DNA from: an uncultured bacterium
GTDB taxonomy: Bacteria > Desulfobacterota_D > UBA1144
NCBI GenBank assembly: GCA_913050245.1
Contig: CAJWZJ010000006.1
Coordinates: 9,212 to 73,211 of the forward strand
DNA: 64,000 nt
Reading direction: 5' to 3'
Shown one piece after another: positions 22,250-32,374 of the stretch; the first letter of the stretch is position 1; each line of letters begins with the position of its first letter. Below the pieces are notes generated by a model, which saw nothing but the letters and a program-made list of their open reading frames with translations, ran no database searches and was not told the DNA's origin. Made by a program: the position numbers and the translations under genes.

Positions 22250-23737
22250 CTAATTTGAATCAAAATATTTATTATTTAATTTAACTTTAATATTGGATAT
22301 TATTTCTTTTTTCAAATTGCTAGAATAATATTCAGACTTTTCCCTTAATAGCTCCCTTCCAATTCTATCCTTTTCAAATTCATATAAGTCTTTATTAGGT
22401 AATCTGATCTTTTCAACATAGACAAGATAATAACCATAATCTTTAAATTTCTTGTTAACTAAAAAAGGTGTTTTTTTAACAGAAGAACTGTCTGGTAAAT
22501 AAATAAAGTCTGCAATTGTTGAGTTATACTTGGCACTCTCATCATAGTAAAATTGTAGATCGATTTTATCATCAGATTTGATAATCTTTAAAAATTCTTT
22601 GGGGTTTTCATTGTATATATCAATTAAGTCTTGATAGAACTCACTTTCTGCCTTTTTTCTTAATCTATTTTTCATTAGAGAAACAATATACTCAGGGTTT
22701 TCATAAGCATTTTGAGAAGGACTTAGTATCCAAATTTTATCATCATAATAAAAAATTTCAGTTCCTTTCAAATCTATTAGCTTGCTATTAATATGATCTG
22801 GTAGATTATTCGAGCTATTGTTGATAGTTAAAAAATCTACTTCATATCGCTTAGATATTTCTTTTAAGGATGAATCTAGGCTTAATTTTTTAACTATTGG
22901 GAGTTCGCTTATTATTTTTTTACTCCCTATTTCCTTTTTAATTCTTTTAATAATAAATGATTTATCGTAAGGCTCATTACTCATATAATTTTCATGGTAC
23001 GATTTTATATCTTTATCATTTATCTCAATATTTCTATTTAAATCATCGGGTGAAATAACCACAACATCAGTATATTTAATTTTATTATTAATCATATTGG
23101 AATTGTTGCTAATAAATTCATCAATTTGATTTTTATCAAAAGTTTCTTGTACTTCAAGTTGGGTATTTAGAGAAATTCTTATAAAATTTAATTTTAATTC
23201 CGACTTGAGGAATTCATCATATATTTGATTTTGATTAATATGTGCAGACTGTTTAATAAAAGAATCTAGTTTATCACTTAAAGCTTCTTCTCGTAGAATA
23301 GCTTCAAAAATATCCCAATCAATATTAAATGTTTGTTTAATAATTTTTTTATATTTTTTTGGATCTTTGATTCCATCGATTTTACCTAAAAAATTATTAT
23401 CAAAAATTTGATTTCTTATCTCTTCATCTGAGACAAAGAGGCCTATCTCTATTGCTTTTTCGGCCATCACTTTTCTATTAGCAATCATTTCAACAATCTG
23501 GTAATCAATTATTTCAATAAAAGCTTTTTTAGATTTGGAACTTGGGGATAAGGATAATTCTGATAATTTTTTGCTTTTAAAGAATTCGAATTCTTGCTTA
23601 CTAATTTTCATGTTACCAACTTTTGCAACGACGTCCTTTCCCATGCCAAAAGAGATGAATTCTGAGCCCACACCTAAGCTAATTATCAATCCTGCGGTTA
23701 AAATAAAAATTATTATTTTCGAAATGAATGAATACAT
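22250..23737 (-). CDS. PpiD-like periplasmic chaperone (SurA N-terminal-type domain); no parvulin motif seen
   Basis: 495 aa. N-terminal TM anchor followed by VAKVGNMKISKQEFEFF, as in PpiD/SurA_N domains. I could not recognise a PPIase core. Confidence 0.55.
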   Translation of the reverse strand: MYSFISKIIIFILTAGLIISLGVGSEFISFGMGKDVVAKVGNMKISKQEFEFFKSKKLSELSLSPSSKSKKAFIEIIDYQIVEMIANRKVMAEKAIEIGLFVSDEEIRNQIFDNNFLGKIDGIKDPKKYKKIIKQTFNIDWDIFEAILREEALSDKLDSFIKQSAHINQNQIYDEFLKSELKLNFIRISLNTQLEVQETFDKNQIDEFISNNSNMINNKIKYTDVVVISPDDLNRNIEINDKDIKSYHENYMSNEPYDKSFIIKRIKKEIGSKKIISELPIVKKLSLDSSLKEISKRYEVDFLTINNSSNNLPDHINSKLIDLKGTEIFYYDDKIWILSPSQNAYENPEYIVSLMKNRLRKKAESEFYQDLIDIYNENPKEFLKIIKSDDKIDLQFYYDESAKYNSTIADFIYLPDSSSVKKTPFLVNKKFKDYGYYLVYVEKIRLPNKDLYEFEKDRIGRELLREKSEYYSSNLKKEIISNIKVKLNNKYFDSN

Positions 23738-23795
23738 TAATTCAATAATATCATAATTAATTTAATTTTTTTTCCATTCATTTATAATATGAATT

Positions 23796-23996
23796 GTGAG
23801 AATCGTGCTGAATGGTAAAAACAAAAAAATTGGTCTTAATGAAAAAATAAATGATTTATTATCGTCTTTGAAAATTAAAAGTAAATTTATAGCAATTGCG
23901 GTAAATGGTGAATTCATTTCAAAGAAAAATTATTCTAAAACTATTTTAAATGAAGGAGATGTCGTTGAAATAGTATCACCACATCCTGGGGGTTAA
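23796..23996 (+). CDS. thiS: Sulfur carrier protein ThiS
   Basis: 66 aa. Ubiquitin-like, ends in ...HPGG (C-terminal Gly-Gly), and lies directly upstream of thiG. GTG start. Confidence 0.8.
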   Translation: MRIVLNGKNKKIGLNEKINDLLSSLKIKSKFIAIAVNGEFISKKNYSKTILNEGDVVEIVSPHPGG

Positions 23997-23997
23997 A

Positions 23998-24759
23998 ATG
24001 CAAATATATGATCTAAAATTGAAAAATAATATTATATTAGGTTCATCAAAGTATCCTTCTCCTAAAGTTTTCTTAAAATGTGTTAAGAATATCAAGACAG
24101 AAATGATAACCGTGGCTTTAAGGAAGATTGGTGACAAGCCAGAAAAATTTTATAAAACTTTAAGTAAAACAAATTGTAAAATTTTGCCAAATACAGCAGG
24201 TTGTTTTAATGAAAAAGAAGCTATAAACACAGCACTTATGTGTAGAGACATATTTGAGACTAATTTTATAAAATTAGAAGTTATTGAAAATAAAAGAAAT
24301 CTTGCACCTAGCGTAAAAGGGACTATAAAAGCTTCAGAAAAGTTATTAAAGTTAGGATTTAAAGTTTTGCCATATGCGACAGATGATTTAAATTTTGCTA
24401 AACAACTCGTAAAAGTTGGATGTAAGGTCGTAATGCCTTGGGGTTCTCCTATTGGAACTGGCCAGGGCTTAGTAAATATTGACAAGTTAAAAAAAATTAG
24501 AAAATCTCTTCCCAAAACCACATTAATTGTGGACGCAGGAATTGGTAAAGTATCCCACGCTTGTCAGGTAATAGAAATTGGATATGATGGAATTTTATTG
24601 AATTCTGCCGTTGCATTATCCAAGAATCCTCCAAAATTTGCAGAGTCTATCTACAATGGAGTTAGTTCAGCAATAGAATCAATAAAAGCAGGTCCGATTC
24701 CTGAATCGAAAAAGCCAATCCCGTCAACTTCATTCAAAGGCATAGCATTTAGCAAATAG
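23998..24759 (+). CDS. thiG: Thiazole synthase
   Basis: 253 aa. LPNTAGC, VMPWGSPIGTGQG and DAGIG motifs. Confidence 0.93.
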   Translation: MQIYDLKLKNNIILGSSKYPSPKVFLKCVKNIKTEMITVALRKIGDKPEKFYKTLSKTNCKILPNTAGCFNEKEAINTALMCRDIFETNFIKLEVIENKRNLAPSVKGTIKASEKLLKLGFKVLPYATDDLNFAKQLVKVGCKVVMPWGSPIGTGQGLVNIDKLKKIRKSLPKTTLIVDAGIGKVSHACQVIEIGYDGILLNSAVALSKNPPKFAESIYNGVSSAIESIKAGPIPESKKPIPSTSFKGIAFSK

Positions 24760-24760
24760 T

Positions 24761-26131
24761 TTAATTAGATTTTAATGAGCGATATAAAGTTGAATATTTT
24801 CCACCTGAAGGTCGCTGAATCAAGAAAAGTATTGATTGATTCTTTTTAATTTTTGACAATACTTTATTAAATTCATCTAATGATCTTGTCTTTTCTTTAT
24901 TAACTTCAACAATTATATCTCCTATCAAAAGCTTTGATGATGCTGGTGAATTTGGATATATTTTGGATACGACAACTGTGGATAGAATATTTTTGTCTTT
25001 AGTATTATTATTTTCTGAAACCTCAAATCCGAACTTTGCTAATGAATCCTTAGCATTATTTTTGAGCTTAGTGTTTATAATTTTATCTGTAGGTATATCA
25101 CCTAGAATTACAGAAATTTTGAATTTTTTTGAATCTCTAATAACAGATAATGAGACCTTTGTATTAGGTTTTAATTTTCCGATTATTCTAGGAAGCTCAT
25201 CCATTTCAGAAATCTTTTTACCATCAACTGATAAAATTATATCACCTCTTTTTAAACCAGCTTTTGACGCAGGGCTATTTTCAAGCACCTCAGAAATTAA
25301 AGCGCCTTTAGTATTATCTAGACCTAAAGAGTCAGCAATTTCAGGAGTTATTGACTGTATAACAACACCTATCCAGCCTCTTTGAACCTTCCCAGTTAAG
25401 CGTATTTGCTCAACAATATCCACTACCGTATTTATAGGAATAGCGAATCCAATTCCTTGTCCCCTTGCGGCAATCGCTGTATTTACTCCAATAACATTAC
25501 CGTTTAAATCTATAAGAGGGCCACCACTATTACCTTTATTTAATGCGGCATCAGTTTGTATAAAATCCACATAGGTTCCTAAACCATCTACATAACGTCC
25601 TTTGGCGCTAATTATTCCGGTTGTTACAGTTGTTCCTAATCCAAGCGGATTACCAATAGCTACAACCCATTGGCCTATCTTCAAGTCTTTAGAATTTCCA
25701 ATGCCCAAAGCATTTATATTTTCATCAGAATCAATTTTTAACAATGCAACATCTGTTCTTTTGTCGGTTCCAATTACCTTCGCTGTATATCTTTTATCAT
25801 TATATAAAACAATCTCTATTTCATCAGCGCTCTCAATTACATGATAATTAGTGACGATCAAGCCATTATTCTTATATATAAACCCAGAACCCAAACCTTT
25901 TCTTGGCTTTGGCTTGAAATTATCTCCAAACTGTCTTTTAAAAAATTCATCAAAGAAAGGATCGCCGGTTATTCCTATTTCACCACTTTGTTCGCTTGAA
26001 ACTTCAATCCTAACAACAGATGGGCTAATTTTATCAACTAATTCCGGAAGTGTCTGAAGTGTAAATGAATATGAAAAGCTAGGGATAATAAGAAATATTA
26101 ATGAAATTGTTATTAATAAAAATTTTTGCAT
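24761..26131 (-). CDS. htrA: Periplasmic serine endoprotease DegP/HtrA family (two PDZ domains)
   Basis: 456 aa. Signal peptide, catalytic His (TNYHVI), Asp (DVALLKI), and Ser in GNSGGPL. Two PDZ-like regions follow. Confidence 0.9.
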   Translation of the reverse strand: MQKFLLITISLIFLIIPSFSYSFTLQTLPELVDKISPSVVRIEVSSEQSGEIGITGDPFFDEFFKRQFGDNFKPKPRKGLGSGFIYKNNGLIVTNYHVIESADEIEIVLYNDKRYTAKVIGTDKRTDVALLKIDSDENINALGIGNSKDLKIGQWVVAIGNPLGLGTTVTTGIISAKGRYVDGLGTYVDFIQTDAALNKGNSGGPLIDLNGNVIGVNTAIAARGQGIGFAIPINTVVDIVEQIRLTGKVQRGWIGVVIQSITPEIADSLGLDNTKGALISEVLENSPASKAGLKRGDIILSVDGKKISEMDELPRIIGKLKPNTKVSLSVIRDSKKFKISVILGDIPTDKIINTKLKNNAKDSLAKFGFEVSENNNTKDKNILSTVVVSKIYPNSPASSKLLIGDIIVEVNKEKTRSLDEFNKVLSKIKKNQSILFLIQRPSGGKYSTLYRSLKSN

Positions 26132-26196
26132 TAAATAAATATAAATTAAAAAATTATCTTATCCAGTTTCAAATTGTGATGTAATAATATATTAAG

Positions 26197-27126
26197 ATGA
26201 AATGTATATTTATGGGTACACCTTTGTATGGTAGATATATTTTAGAAAAATTATGCAAAATTGTTGATGTTAGCCTAGTTGTATGTCAACCAGACAAACC
26301 ATCTGGTAGGGATAAAAGAATTGAAATTGGAGAAGTTAAAAAATACTCACAAGAAAATAATCTAGATATTTGCCAACCTGACAAAATTAAAAATAATACT
26401 GCTTTTATAAATAAAATTAAGAAGATTGCACCTGATTTTATTTTCGTAGCAGCATATGGAAAAATTCTTGGAAAAGAAATATTAGAATTACCTAAATACA
26501 ATTGCATCAATGTTCACTCTTCCCTGCTCCCAAAATATAGAGGGGCAGCACCTATAAACTGGGCAATAATTAAAGGTGAAAAAAAAACGGGTATTACTAT
26601 AATGGAAATGGACGAAGGTATGGATACAGGCAATATAATATTGAAAAAAGAAATCAATATTGAACCCAATGATGATGTAAACTCTTTGACAATTAAATTG
26701 GCAGTTCTTGGAGCCAAAGGAATCGATGAATTTATAGCAAATATATTAAAAACAGAATATAAATTTAAGTCTTTTCCGCAGGATAATACTGAAAGCAGTT
26801 TGGCTCCAAAAATAAGCAAAGAAATATGTAAAATTGATTGGAATAATAATTGCGAGGAAATTTCAAATCTAATTAGAGGTGTAAGTTCATGGCCCGGGGC
26901 TCACTCTTTAAATTCAAATAACGAATCAGTTACTATTTGGAGTGCCAAGACAAATTATGAAATCGAGGGAGTTCCAGGAGAAATAAAAAAAATAAATAAA
27001 AAAATGTTTATATGCTGTGGCAATGGAAGTTTAGAAATAATTAAAATTCAAAAAAGCGGAAAAAAAGTTTTAGCTGGAAATGACTTTATAAATGGAATTA
27101 AAAAAAACGAAAACTTTTTTAAGTGA
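26197..27126 (+). CDS. fmt: Methionyl-tRNA formyltransferase
   Basis: 309 aa. HSSLLPKYRGAAPINWAII and MEMDEGMDTG motifs. Confidence 0.93.
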   Translation: MKCIFMGTPLYGRYILEKLCKIVDVSLVVCQPDKPSGRDKRIEIGEVKKYSQENNLDICQPDKIKNNTAFINKIKKIAPDFIFVAAYGKILGKEILELPKYNCINVHSSLLPKYRGAAPINWAIIKGEKKTGITIMEMDEGMDTGNIILKKEINIEPNDDVNSLTIKLAVLGAKGIDEFIANILKTEYKFKSFPQDNTESSLAPKISKEICKIDWNNNCEEISNLIRGVSSWPGAHSLNSNNESVTIWSAKTNYEIEGVPGEIKKINKKMFICCGNGSLEIIKIQKSGKKVLAGNDFINGIKKNENFFK

Positions 27127-27487
27127 GTGGGATTTCCACAGAATAGGAGGATATCTTAATTCTTTCCACAAGTTGATTGTTCCAGCACAGATCCCTAGTA
27201 GCTTTAATCTTATTCTTTGGGACAAAAATTATACAATTCGTTCCAACAGATTGAAACGATTTCCATTTTTCAATGATTTCTTCATTTATATTTGATTCAG
27301 TTTCTACTTCTCCAATCATGACAATCTGGCCATAATTACCAAAAATTATATCAGGAAAAAGATTTTTAAAATCATGATTTTTCTCATTTAATTTGTTTAC
27401 TTTTATTTCATTAAATTCTTTAGAATATTTTCCTTGAATCTCGTCTATTATCCAATCATGTAAAAAATCTTCTCTATTTTGATTCAT
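27119..27487 (-). CDS. Hypothetical protein (122 aa), possible PD-(D/E)xK-like fold
   Basis: Its start overlaps the nadK 3' end by 14 nt. The frame is open for 122 codons in AT-rich DNA. LFPDIIF...IVMIGEVETES...EKW resembles a nuclease-fold core (PD...E-x-[K>E]). Confidence 0.5.
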   Translation of the reverse strand: MNQNREDFLHDWIIDEIQGKYSKEFNEIKVNKLNEKNHDFKNLFPDIIFGNYGQIVMIGEVETESNINEEIIEKWKSFQSVGTNCIIFVPKNKIKATRDLCWNNQLVERIKISSYSVEIPLT

Positions 27488-28331
27488 ATGTATTGCTCCA
27501 CATTAATTTATTTTTCAAAACAGAGAAATATGCATTATTTTTCATCCTTAATAAATTAAAGTCCAGATTGGATTTTATAATTCTCACCTCAAATTTCCCT
27601 GCCAACTCTTCACTATTTGAACCATCAAAAGTTGCATAAACAGGATTATTTGACTCAAGCGTGACAGTCACCTCACAATTATCAGAAATAACCAAAGGCC
27701 TATTGCTTAAAGTATGAGGACAAATTGGAGTAATTACCATCAACGGAAGATTGGGTACGACTATAGGTCCTCCCGCAGAGAGTGAATAAGCTGTAGATCC
27801 AGTAGGAGATGAGATTATAATTCCATCTGCCCTAATTTGAGAAACGAGCTTGTCATCAATATGTAAATCTAAATTAATTATCTTTGACAAGGCGCCTTTA
27901 TTTATGACAATGTCATTAAGAAAATTTCTCTTGATTTCATTTTTATTTTCAACCATCAATGAGGCAGTCATTAGATTTCTTTTATCAGATCTAAGATTAT
28001 CTTTAAAAAAATTATCCAATATAACATTAAAATCTGAAAGTGGTGCTTCAGTTAGAAATCCCAAATTCCCAAGATTAAAACCAATAACAGGCTTGTTGTT
28101 TAAAGCCACTTCCTCAGCAATATGAAGCAGTGTTCCATCACCTCCAAATGCCAATATTAAATCAGACAATTTAACCAATTCTTTTAGAGGCAATATTAAT
28201 TCATCTTTTGCAATAGAATAATTATTATCAAAAATGAATTTACAATTTTTATCTGAAAAATATTTATCAATAACTTTTTTGATTTCATTTAAGTTAGATA
28301 AATTTGGCTTACAAACTACACCTATATTCAT
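27474..28331 (-). CDS. nadK: NAD kinase
   Basis: 285 aa. GGDGTLL, NLGNLGFL and PTGSTAYSLSAGGPIV motifs. Confidence 0.9.
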   Translation of the reverse strand: MNIGVVCKPNLSNLNEIKKVIDKYFSDKNCKFIFDNNYSIAKDELILPLKELVKLSDLILAFGGDGTLLHIAEEVALNNKPVIGFNLGNLGFLTEAPLSDFNVILDNFFKDNLRSDKRNLMTASLMVENKNEIKRNFLNDIVINKGALSKIINLDLHIDDKLVSQIRADGIIISSPTGSTAYSLSAGGPIVVPNLPLMVITPICPHTLSNRPLVISDNCEVTVTLESNNPVYATFDGSNSEELAGKFEVRIIKSNLDFNLLRMKNNAYFSVLKNKLMWSNTYESK

Positions 28332-28355
28332 AAAGATATTATATATTAATAAAAG

Positions 28356-29460
28356 CTATTTTATTTTTGATAACAAATTTTCTATAAGATCCCCTAATTC
28401 TCCATCCAAAAAAGCATCAACATTTCCTATTTCATCATTAGTTCTATGATCCTTAACCATTCTATATGGATGTAAAATATATGATCTAATTTGGCTCCCC
28501 CAACCTATTTCCTTCTTGTCCATATTAATTTCTTTTTCCTTCGACTTTATTTTCTCCAATTCTAAGTCGTACAATTTAGAACTTAAAATTTTGTATGCAA
28601 ACGCCTTATTTTGATGTTGTGATCTCTGATTTTGACATGATACTACAATGCCTGATGGTACATGCGTTATTCTTACCGCTGAATCTGTTTTATTTAAGTG
28701 TTGGCCACCTGCTCCACCAGCTCTAAATGTGTCAATTTTTAAATCTTTATCATCTAAATTTATATCGATGTTGTCATCTAATTCAGGTGTTACAGAAACA
28801 GAGGCGAATGAGGTATGTCTTCTCTTATTAGAATCAAACGGAGAGATTCTTACTAATCTATGAACACCTACTTCATTTTTAAGCATTCCATAAGCATATT
28901 CACCTTTTATTAATATAGTGCAATTTTTAATACCCGCTTCTTCTCCATCTAATTTATCTAAGAACTCAGACTTAAAACCATTTAATTCTGAAAATCTCAT
29001 ATACATTCTACAAATCATTTGAGCCCAATCTTGTGCTTCGGTCCCTCCTGCACCAGAATTTATAGACAATATTGCATTATTAATATCTTCTGAATTTGAT
29101 AAAGTTGTTTGAACATCAAATTTTTTTATTTCTAACGATATTTCATTTAAATTTTCTTCCAGTTCTTTTATTTCATCCTTATAACTATTAAGATTATCAG
29201 ATTCTAAGTATAAATTTAATAATTCAGAATTATCACTTATCTCATTTTCTAATTCAGTTAACTTATCGATCTTTTTTTGAAGTGATGATAATTTTTTAAG
29301 GGTTGATTGTGCTGATTTCGGATTATCCCAAAAATTTTCATCTTTAGACTTAACTTCAAGAGATATTATTTTTTCCGATAATTTAGCGGGGTCAAAGGTA
29401 GTCTCGAATTTTCTTTAATTTTAATTTATTAGTATTGATCATTTGTTTTAATTCAATCAT
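28356..29460 (-). CDS. prfB: Peptide chain release factor 2, made by programmed +1 frameshift
   Basis: Frame 0 runs from ATG 29460 for 22 codons (MIELKQMINTNKLKLKKIRDYL) to an in-frame TGA at 29394..29392. The +1 frame starts at GAC 29393..29391 and runs open to 28356. It joins the track ORF (…SINSGAGGTEAQDW, SPF, GGQHLNKTDSAVRITH with the GGQ motif). Confidence 0.93.
29391..29397 (-). other. RF2 autoregulatory +1 frameshift site CTT TGA C
   Basis: The minus strand reads TAC CTT TGA CCC. This is the canonical slippery CUU-UGA-C heptamer at codon 23 of prfB. Confidence 0.85.
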
Positions 29461-29526
29461 TTTTTTTACCAAATAAAATATGTGTTATATTTAACTTTAA
29501 CATCTATATCGTATCGGGGGAACTTT

Positions 29527-30666
29527 TTGAAAAATTATGTTTTAACACCAGGACCAGTACCAGTACCAGAATTTGTTATGCTTGAAATGGCTAAACCAAT
29601 AATTCACCATAGAACAGCTGAATTTGAGGAGATTTTTTTTAAAGCTACTCAAGGTCTCAAGAAGGTTTTTATGACTCAAGAGGAAGTTCTAATATTAGCA
29701 TCATCAGGAACCGGTGCTATGGATGCAGCGGTTTGCAATACTTTAAGTAAGGGTGATGAAGTTATTGTTGTCAATGGGGGTAAATTCGGAGAAAGATGGG
29801 GAAAGATATGTAAGGCCTATGGAGTAATTTCTCACGAATTAAAAGTTGAGTGGGGCCAAGCGGTTAAAACTGATGATATTAATGAAATGCTCGATAAAAA
29901 TAAAAATGTTAAAGCAATACTTATTCAAGCTAGTGAAACCTCAACTGGTGTTGAACATCCGATAAAAGAAATTGCAGAGATTACAAAAAATCGTGATGAT
30001 TTAATTCTTATTGTTGATGGAATTACAGCTGTCGGTGCATTTCCTGTTGAGTTTGATAATTGGGGAATTGATATTCTAATAGGTGGATCACAGAAAGCTT
30101 TCATGTTACCACCAGGGTTATCTTTTATAAGTTTGAGCAAAAAAGCATGGAAATTTTATGAAGATTCTGATCTTCCAAAGTTTTATCTTGATTTAAATCA
30201 AGCATATAAGAATAGCCTAAAGAAGACATCACCATGGACCCCTGCTGTAAACCTCGTTATGGGACTGAATGCTGTTTTGGAGCATTTTGATAAATTGGGA
30301 TTAGAGAATCTATTTAGGAGACATTCTATAATGTCAGAGGCTACGATTAAAGGTTTTGAGTCTATTGGTTTAGAAAATTTTGCACCTGGTTGTTCAAGTA
30401 CAGCACTGTCTGTTATAAAGTCACCTGAAGGTATTGATGCTGGGGAAATAATTAAAGGGTTGAAGAATAAGTATGGAATGATAGTTGCTGGTGGGCAAGA
30501 TCAGGCAAAGGGAAAGATTTTTAGAATAACTCATATGGGTTATGTTGACAAAGGGGATATGATTTCTGTTATAGCTGGAGTAGAAAGCATATTAAATGAA
30601 TTAAAATATGATTTTACTCCTGGGCTTGGTGTATCTACAGCGACAAGGATATTAGATTCTTTATAA
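29527..30666 (+). CDS. Class V aminotransferase (serine-pyruvate / alanine-glyoxylate aminotransferase-like)
   Basis: LTPGPVPVP N-terminus, SGTGAMDAA, and SQKAFMLPPGLSF (PLP-lysine region). I prefer TTG 29527, which follows GGGGGA by 6 nt. The track start at 29482 (GTG) would leave only 21 nt to the divergent prfB start. Confidence 0.8.
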   Translation: MKNYVLTPGPVPVPEFVMLEMAKPIIHHRTAEFEEIFFKATQGLKKVFMTQEEVLILASSGTGAMDAAVCNTLSKGDEVIVVNGGKFGERWGKICKAYGVISHELKVEWGQAVKTDDINEMLDKNKNVKAILIQASETSTGVEHPIKEIAEITKNRDDLILIVDGITAVGAFPVEFDNWGIDILIGGSQKAFMLPPGLSFISLSKKAWKFYEDSDLPKFYLDLNQAYKNSLKKTSPWTPAVNLVMGLNAVLEHFDKLGLENLFRRHSIMSEATIKGFESIGLENFAPGCSSTALSVIKSPEGIDAGEIIKGLKNKYGMIVAGGQDQAKGKIFRITHMGYVDKGDMISVIAGVESILNELKYDFTPGLGVSTATRILDSL

Positions 30667-30681
30667 AATATTAAAACTTAT

Positions 30682-30709
30682 TTGATAATGAATTATTATT
30701 ATTTATAAT
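30682..30709 (+). promoter_or_regulatory. Candidate sigma70-type promoter of fldA (TTGATA-16 nt-TATAAT) overlapped by a Fur-box-like inverted repeat
   Basis: TTGATA at 30682..30687 and TATAAT at 30704..30709. TGATAAT-GA-ATTATTA at 30683..30698 resembles the Fur 7-1-7 box (TGATAAT-N-ATTATCA), but with a 2-nt spacer and one mismatch. AGGAG lies 8 nt before the ATG. Confidence 0.25.
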
Positions 30710-30749
30710 TATAGACATAAGAGGTCCACAATAAAAAGGAGATGATTTT

Positions 30750-31253
30750 ATGAAAATAGGATTATTTTACGGAACAACTAGTGCTGCAACACAAGAGGTT
30801 GCGGATATGATTCTAGAAAAGATGCCAGATTTTGAAATTGATGTTTTTGATGTCTATGAACAAGATCTGAATAAAATGTCAGAATATGACAAGATAATTA
30901 TCGGCTGTCCCACCTGGGATATTGGATTACTTCAAGAGGATTGGAGAAGTAAATTTGATGACTTAGACAATATTGATTTTAGCGGTAAAACAATCGCATA
31001 TTTTGGATGTGGTGATCAAAACATTTATAGTTCATCGTTTTTAGATGCTCTAGGAATACTTGAAGAAAAAATTACAGCAAAAGGTGGAAGTACAATAGGT
31101 CATACATCTACAGAAGGTTATAATTACGATTTTTCAAAAGCTGAAAAAGATGGGCAGTTTGTTGGCTTAGCAATTGATAATGATAATGAACCAGAGTTAA
31201 CTGAGGACAGAGTTGATTCATGGTGTAAAACAATTTCTGAGGATTTTAAATAG
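30750..31253 (+). CDS. fldA: Long-chain flavodoxin
   Basis: 167 aa. MKIGLFYGTTSAATQEVA (FMN phosphate-binding loop) and GCPTWDIG. Confidence 0.9.
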   Translation: MKIGLFYGTTSAATQEVADMILEKMPDFEIDVFDVYEQDLNKMSEYDKIIIGCPTWDIGLLQEDWRSKFDDLDNIDFSGKTIAYFGCGDQNIYSSSFLDALGILEEKITAKGGSTIGHTSTEGYNYDFSKAEKDGQFVGLAIDNDNEPELTEDRVDSWCKTISEDFK

Positions 31254-32331
31254 AAATTTTCTTAATATTTGATAATTGATTTTCTAGTAAGCAATCAAGT
31301 AGTACAAGATTAACCATTGCTTCCCCTATCGGAACAGCCCTAGGACACAGACATGGGTCATGCCTTCCTGTTACCTTTAGCTTCTTTTTGCTACCTTTTG
31401 AATTTATCGAATCCTGCTGTTTGGATATAGAGGAAGTTGGTTTCAATGCGAATCTAATGATGAGATCGTTACCATTTGTTATTCCACCAAGTATTCCTCC
31501 AGCATTGTTTGTTTTAAAACTTGCTCTTGAGCCTTTTTTGGAAAGTATTATATCATTAACTTCGGAACCTTTTTTTTCTGCTATTGAAAAACCTGAGCCA
31601 ATCTCAAAGCCTCTAACGCCACCGATACTCATAATTGCTGCTGCTAATTTTGCATCAATCTTATCAAATACTGGGGAACCTAGTCCAGCAGGAACACCCG
31701 TGGATCTTATTTCTATAATACCTCCTATGGAGTCACCCTGCTTCCTAACACTATCAATTAAATCTGTCATACTGTTTAATTTTGATCTGTCGGGAATCCT
31801 TAATGGATTTTTTTCAATGTAGCTTTGCACAACATTATCACACTTAATATCTCCAATTTGAGAAACAAAACCAAAAGTCTTAATCTTAAAAGACTCCAAA
31901 ATTTTTTTAGCTATAGCTCCAGCGGCAACTCGTGCTACTGTCTCTCTATTTGATGATCTTCCACCGCCTCTGTAGTCTCTAATTCCATACTTTGCATCGT
32001 AACTAAGATCAGCATGTCCTGGTCTATAAATGTCCTTAAAACTATTATAAGATTTTGATATAGCATCAGTATTATTTATCAACATTGATATTGGGGTGCC
32101 GGTAGTTTTACCCTCAAACACACCTGAAAGTATATTGATTTTATCAGGCTCTTTTCTCTGAGTTGTATATTTACTTTGGCCAGGCTTTCTTCTATCCATT
32201 TCAATTTGGATATCTTTCTCACTTATTTTTACGCCAGCTGGGCAACCATCAATAACAACGCCAAGAGACTTTCCATGGGATTCTCCCCATGTTGTTATTT
32301 TAAAAAATTCCCCAAAAGAGTTACCAGCCAT
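31246..32331 (-). CDS. aroC: Chorismate synthase
   Basis: 361 aa. MAGNSFG..TTWGESHG, GRSSNRETVARVAAGA and GRHDPC motifs. Confidence 0.95.
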   Translation of the reverse strand: MAGNSFGEFFKITTWGESHGKSLGVVIDGCPAGVKISEKDIQIEMDRRKPGQSKYTTQRKEPDKINILSGVFEGKTTGTPISMLINNTDAISKSYNSFKDIYRPGHADLSYDAKYGIRDYRGGGRSSNRETVARVAAGAIAKKILESFKIKTFGFVSQIGDIKCDNVVQSYIEKNPLRIPDRSKLNSMTDLIDSVRKQGDSIGGIIEIRSTGVPAGLGSPVFDKIDAKLAAAIMSIGGVRGFEIGSGFSIAEKKGSEVNDIILSKKGSRASFKTNNAGGILGGITNGNDLIIRFALKPTSSISKQQDSINSKGSKKKLKVTGRHDPCLCPRAVPIGEAMVNLVLLDCLLENQLSNIKKISI

Positions 32332-32374
32332 TTAAAAATTCTATTATAAAAAAATTATAATGCAATCAACTCAT

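Noticed and set aside
23738-23795. 9-codon uORF (ATG 23789, MNCENRAEW*) overlapping the thiS GTG start, considered as a leader peptide.
   Set aside because: It is very short and has no SD. A TATAAT-like hexamer lies within a few nt, so it may not even be transcribed. No supporting structure found.
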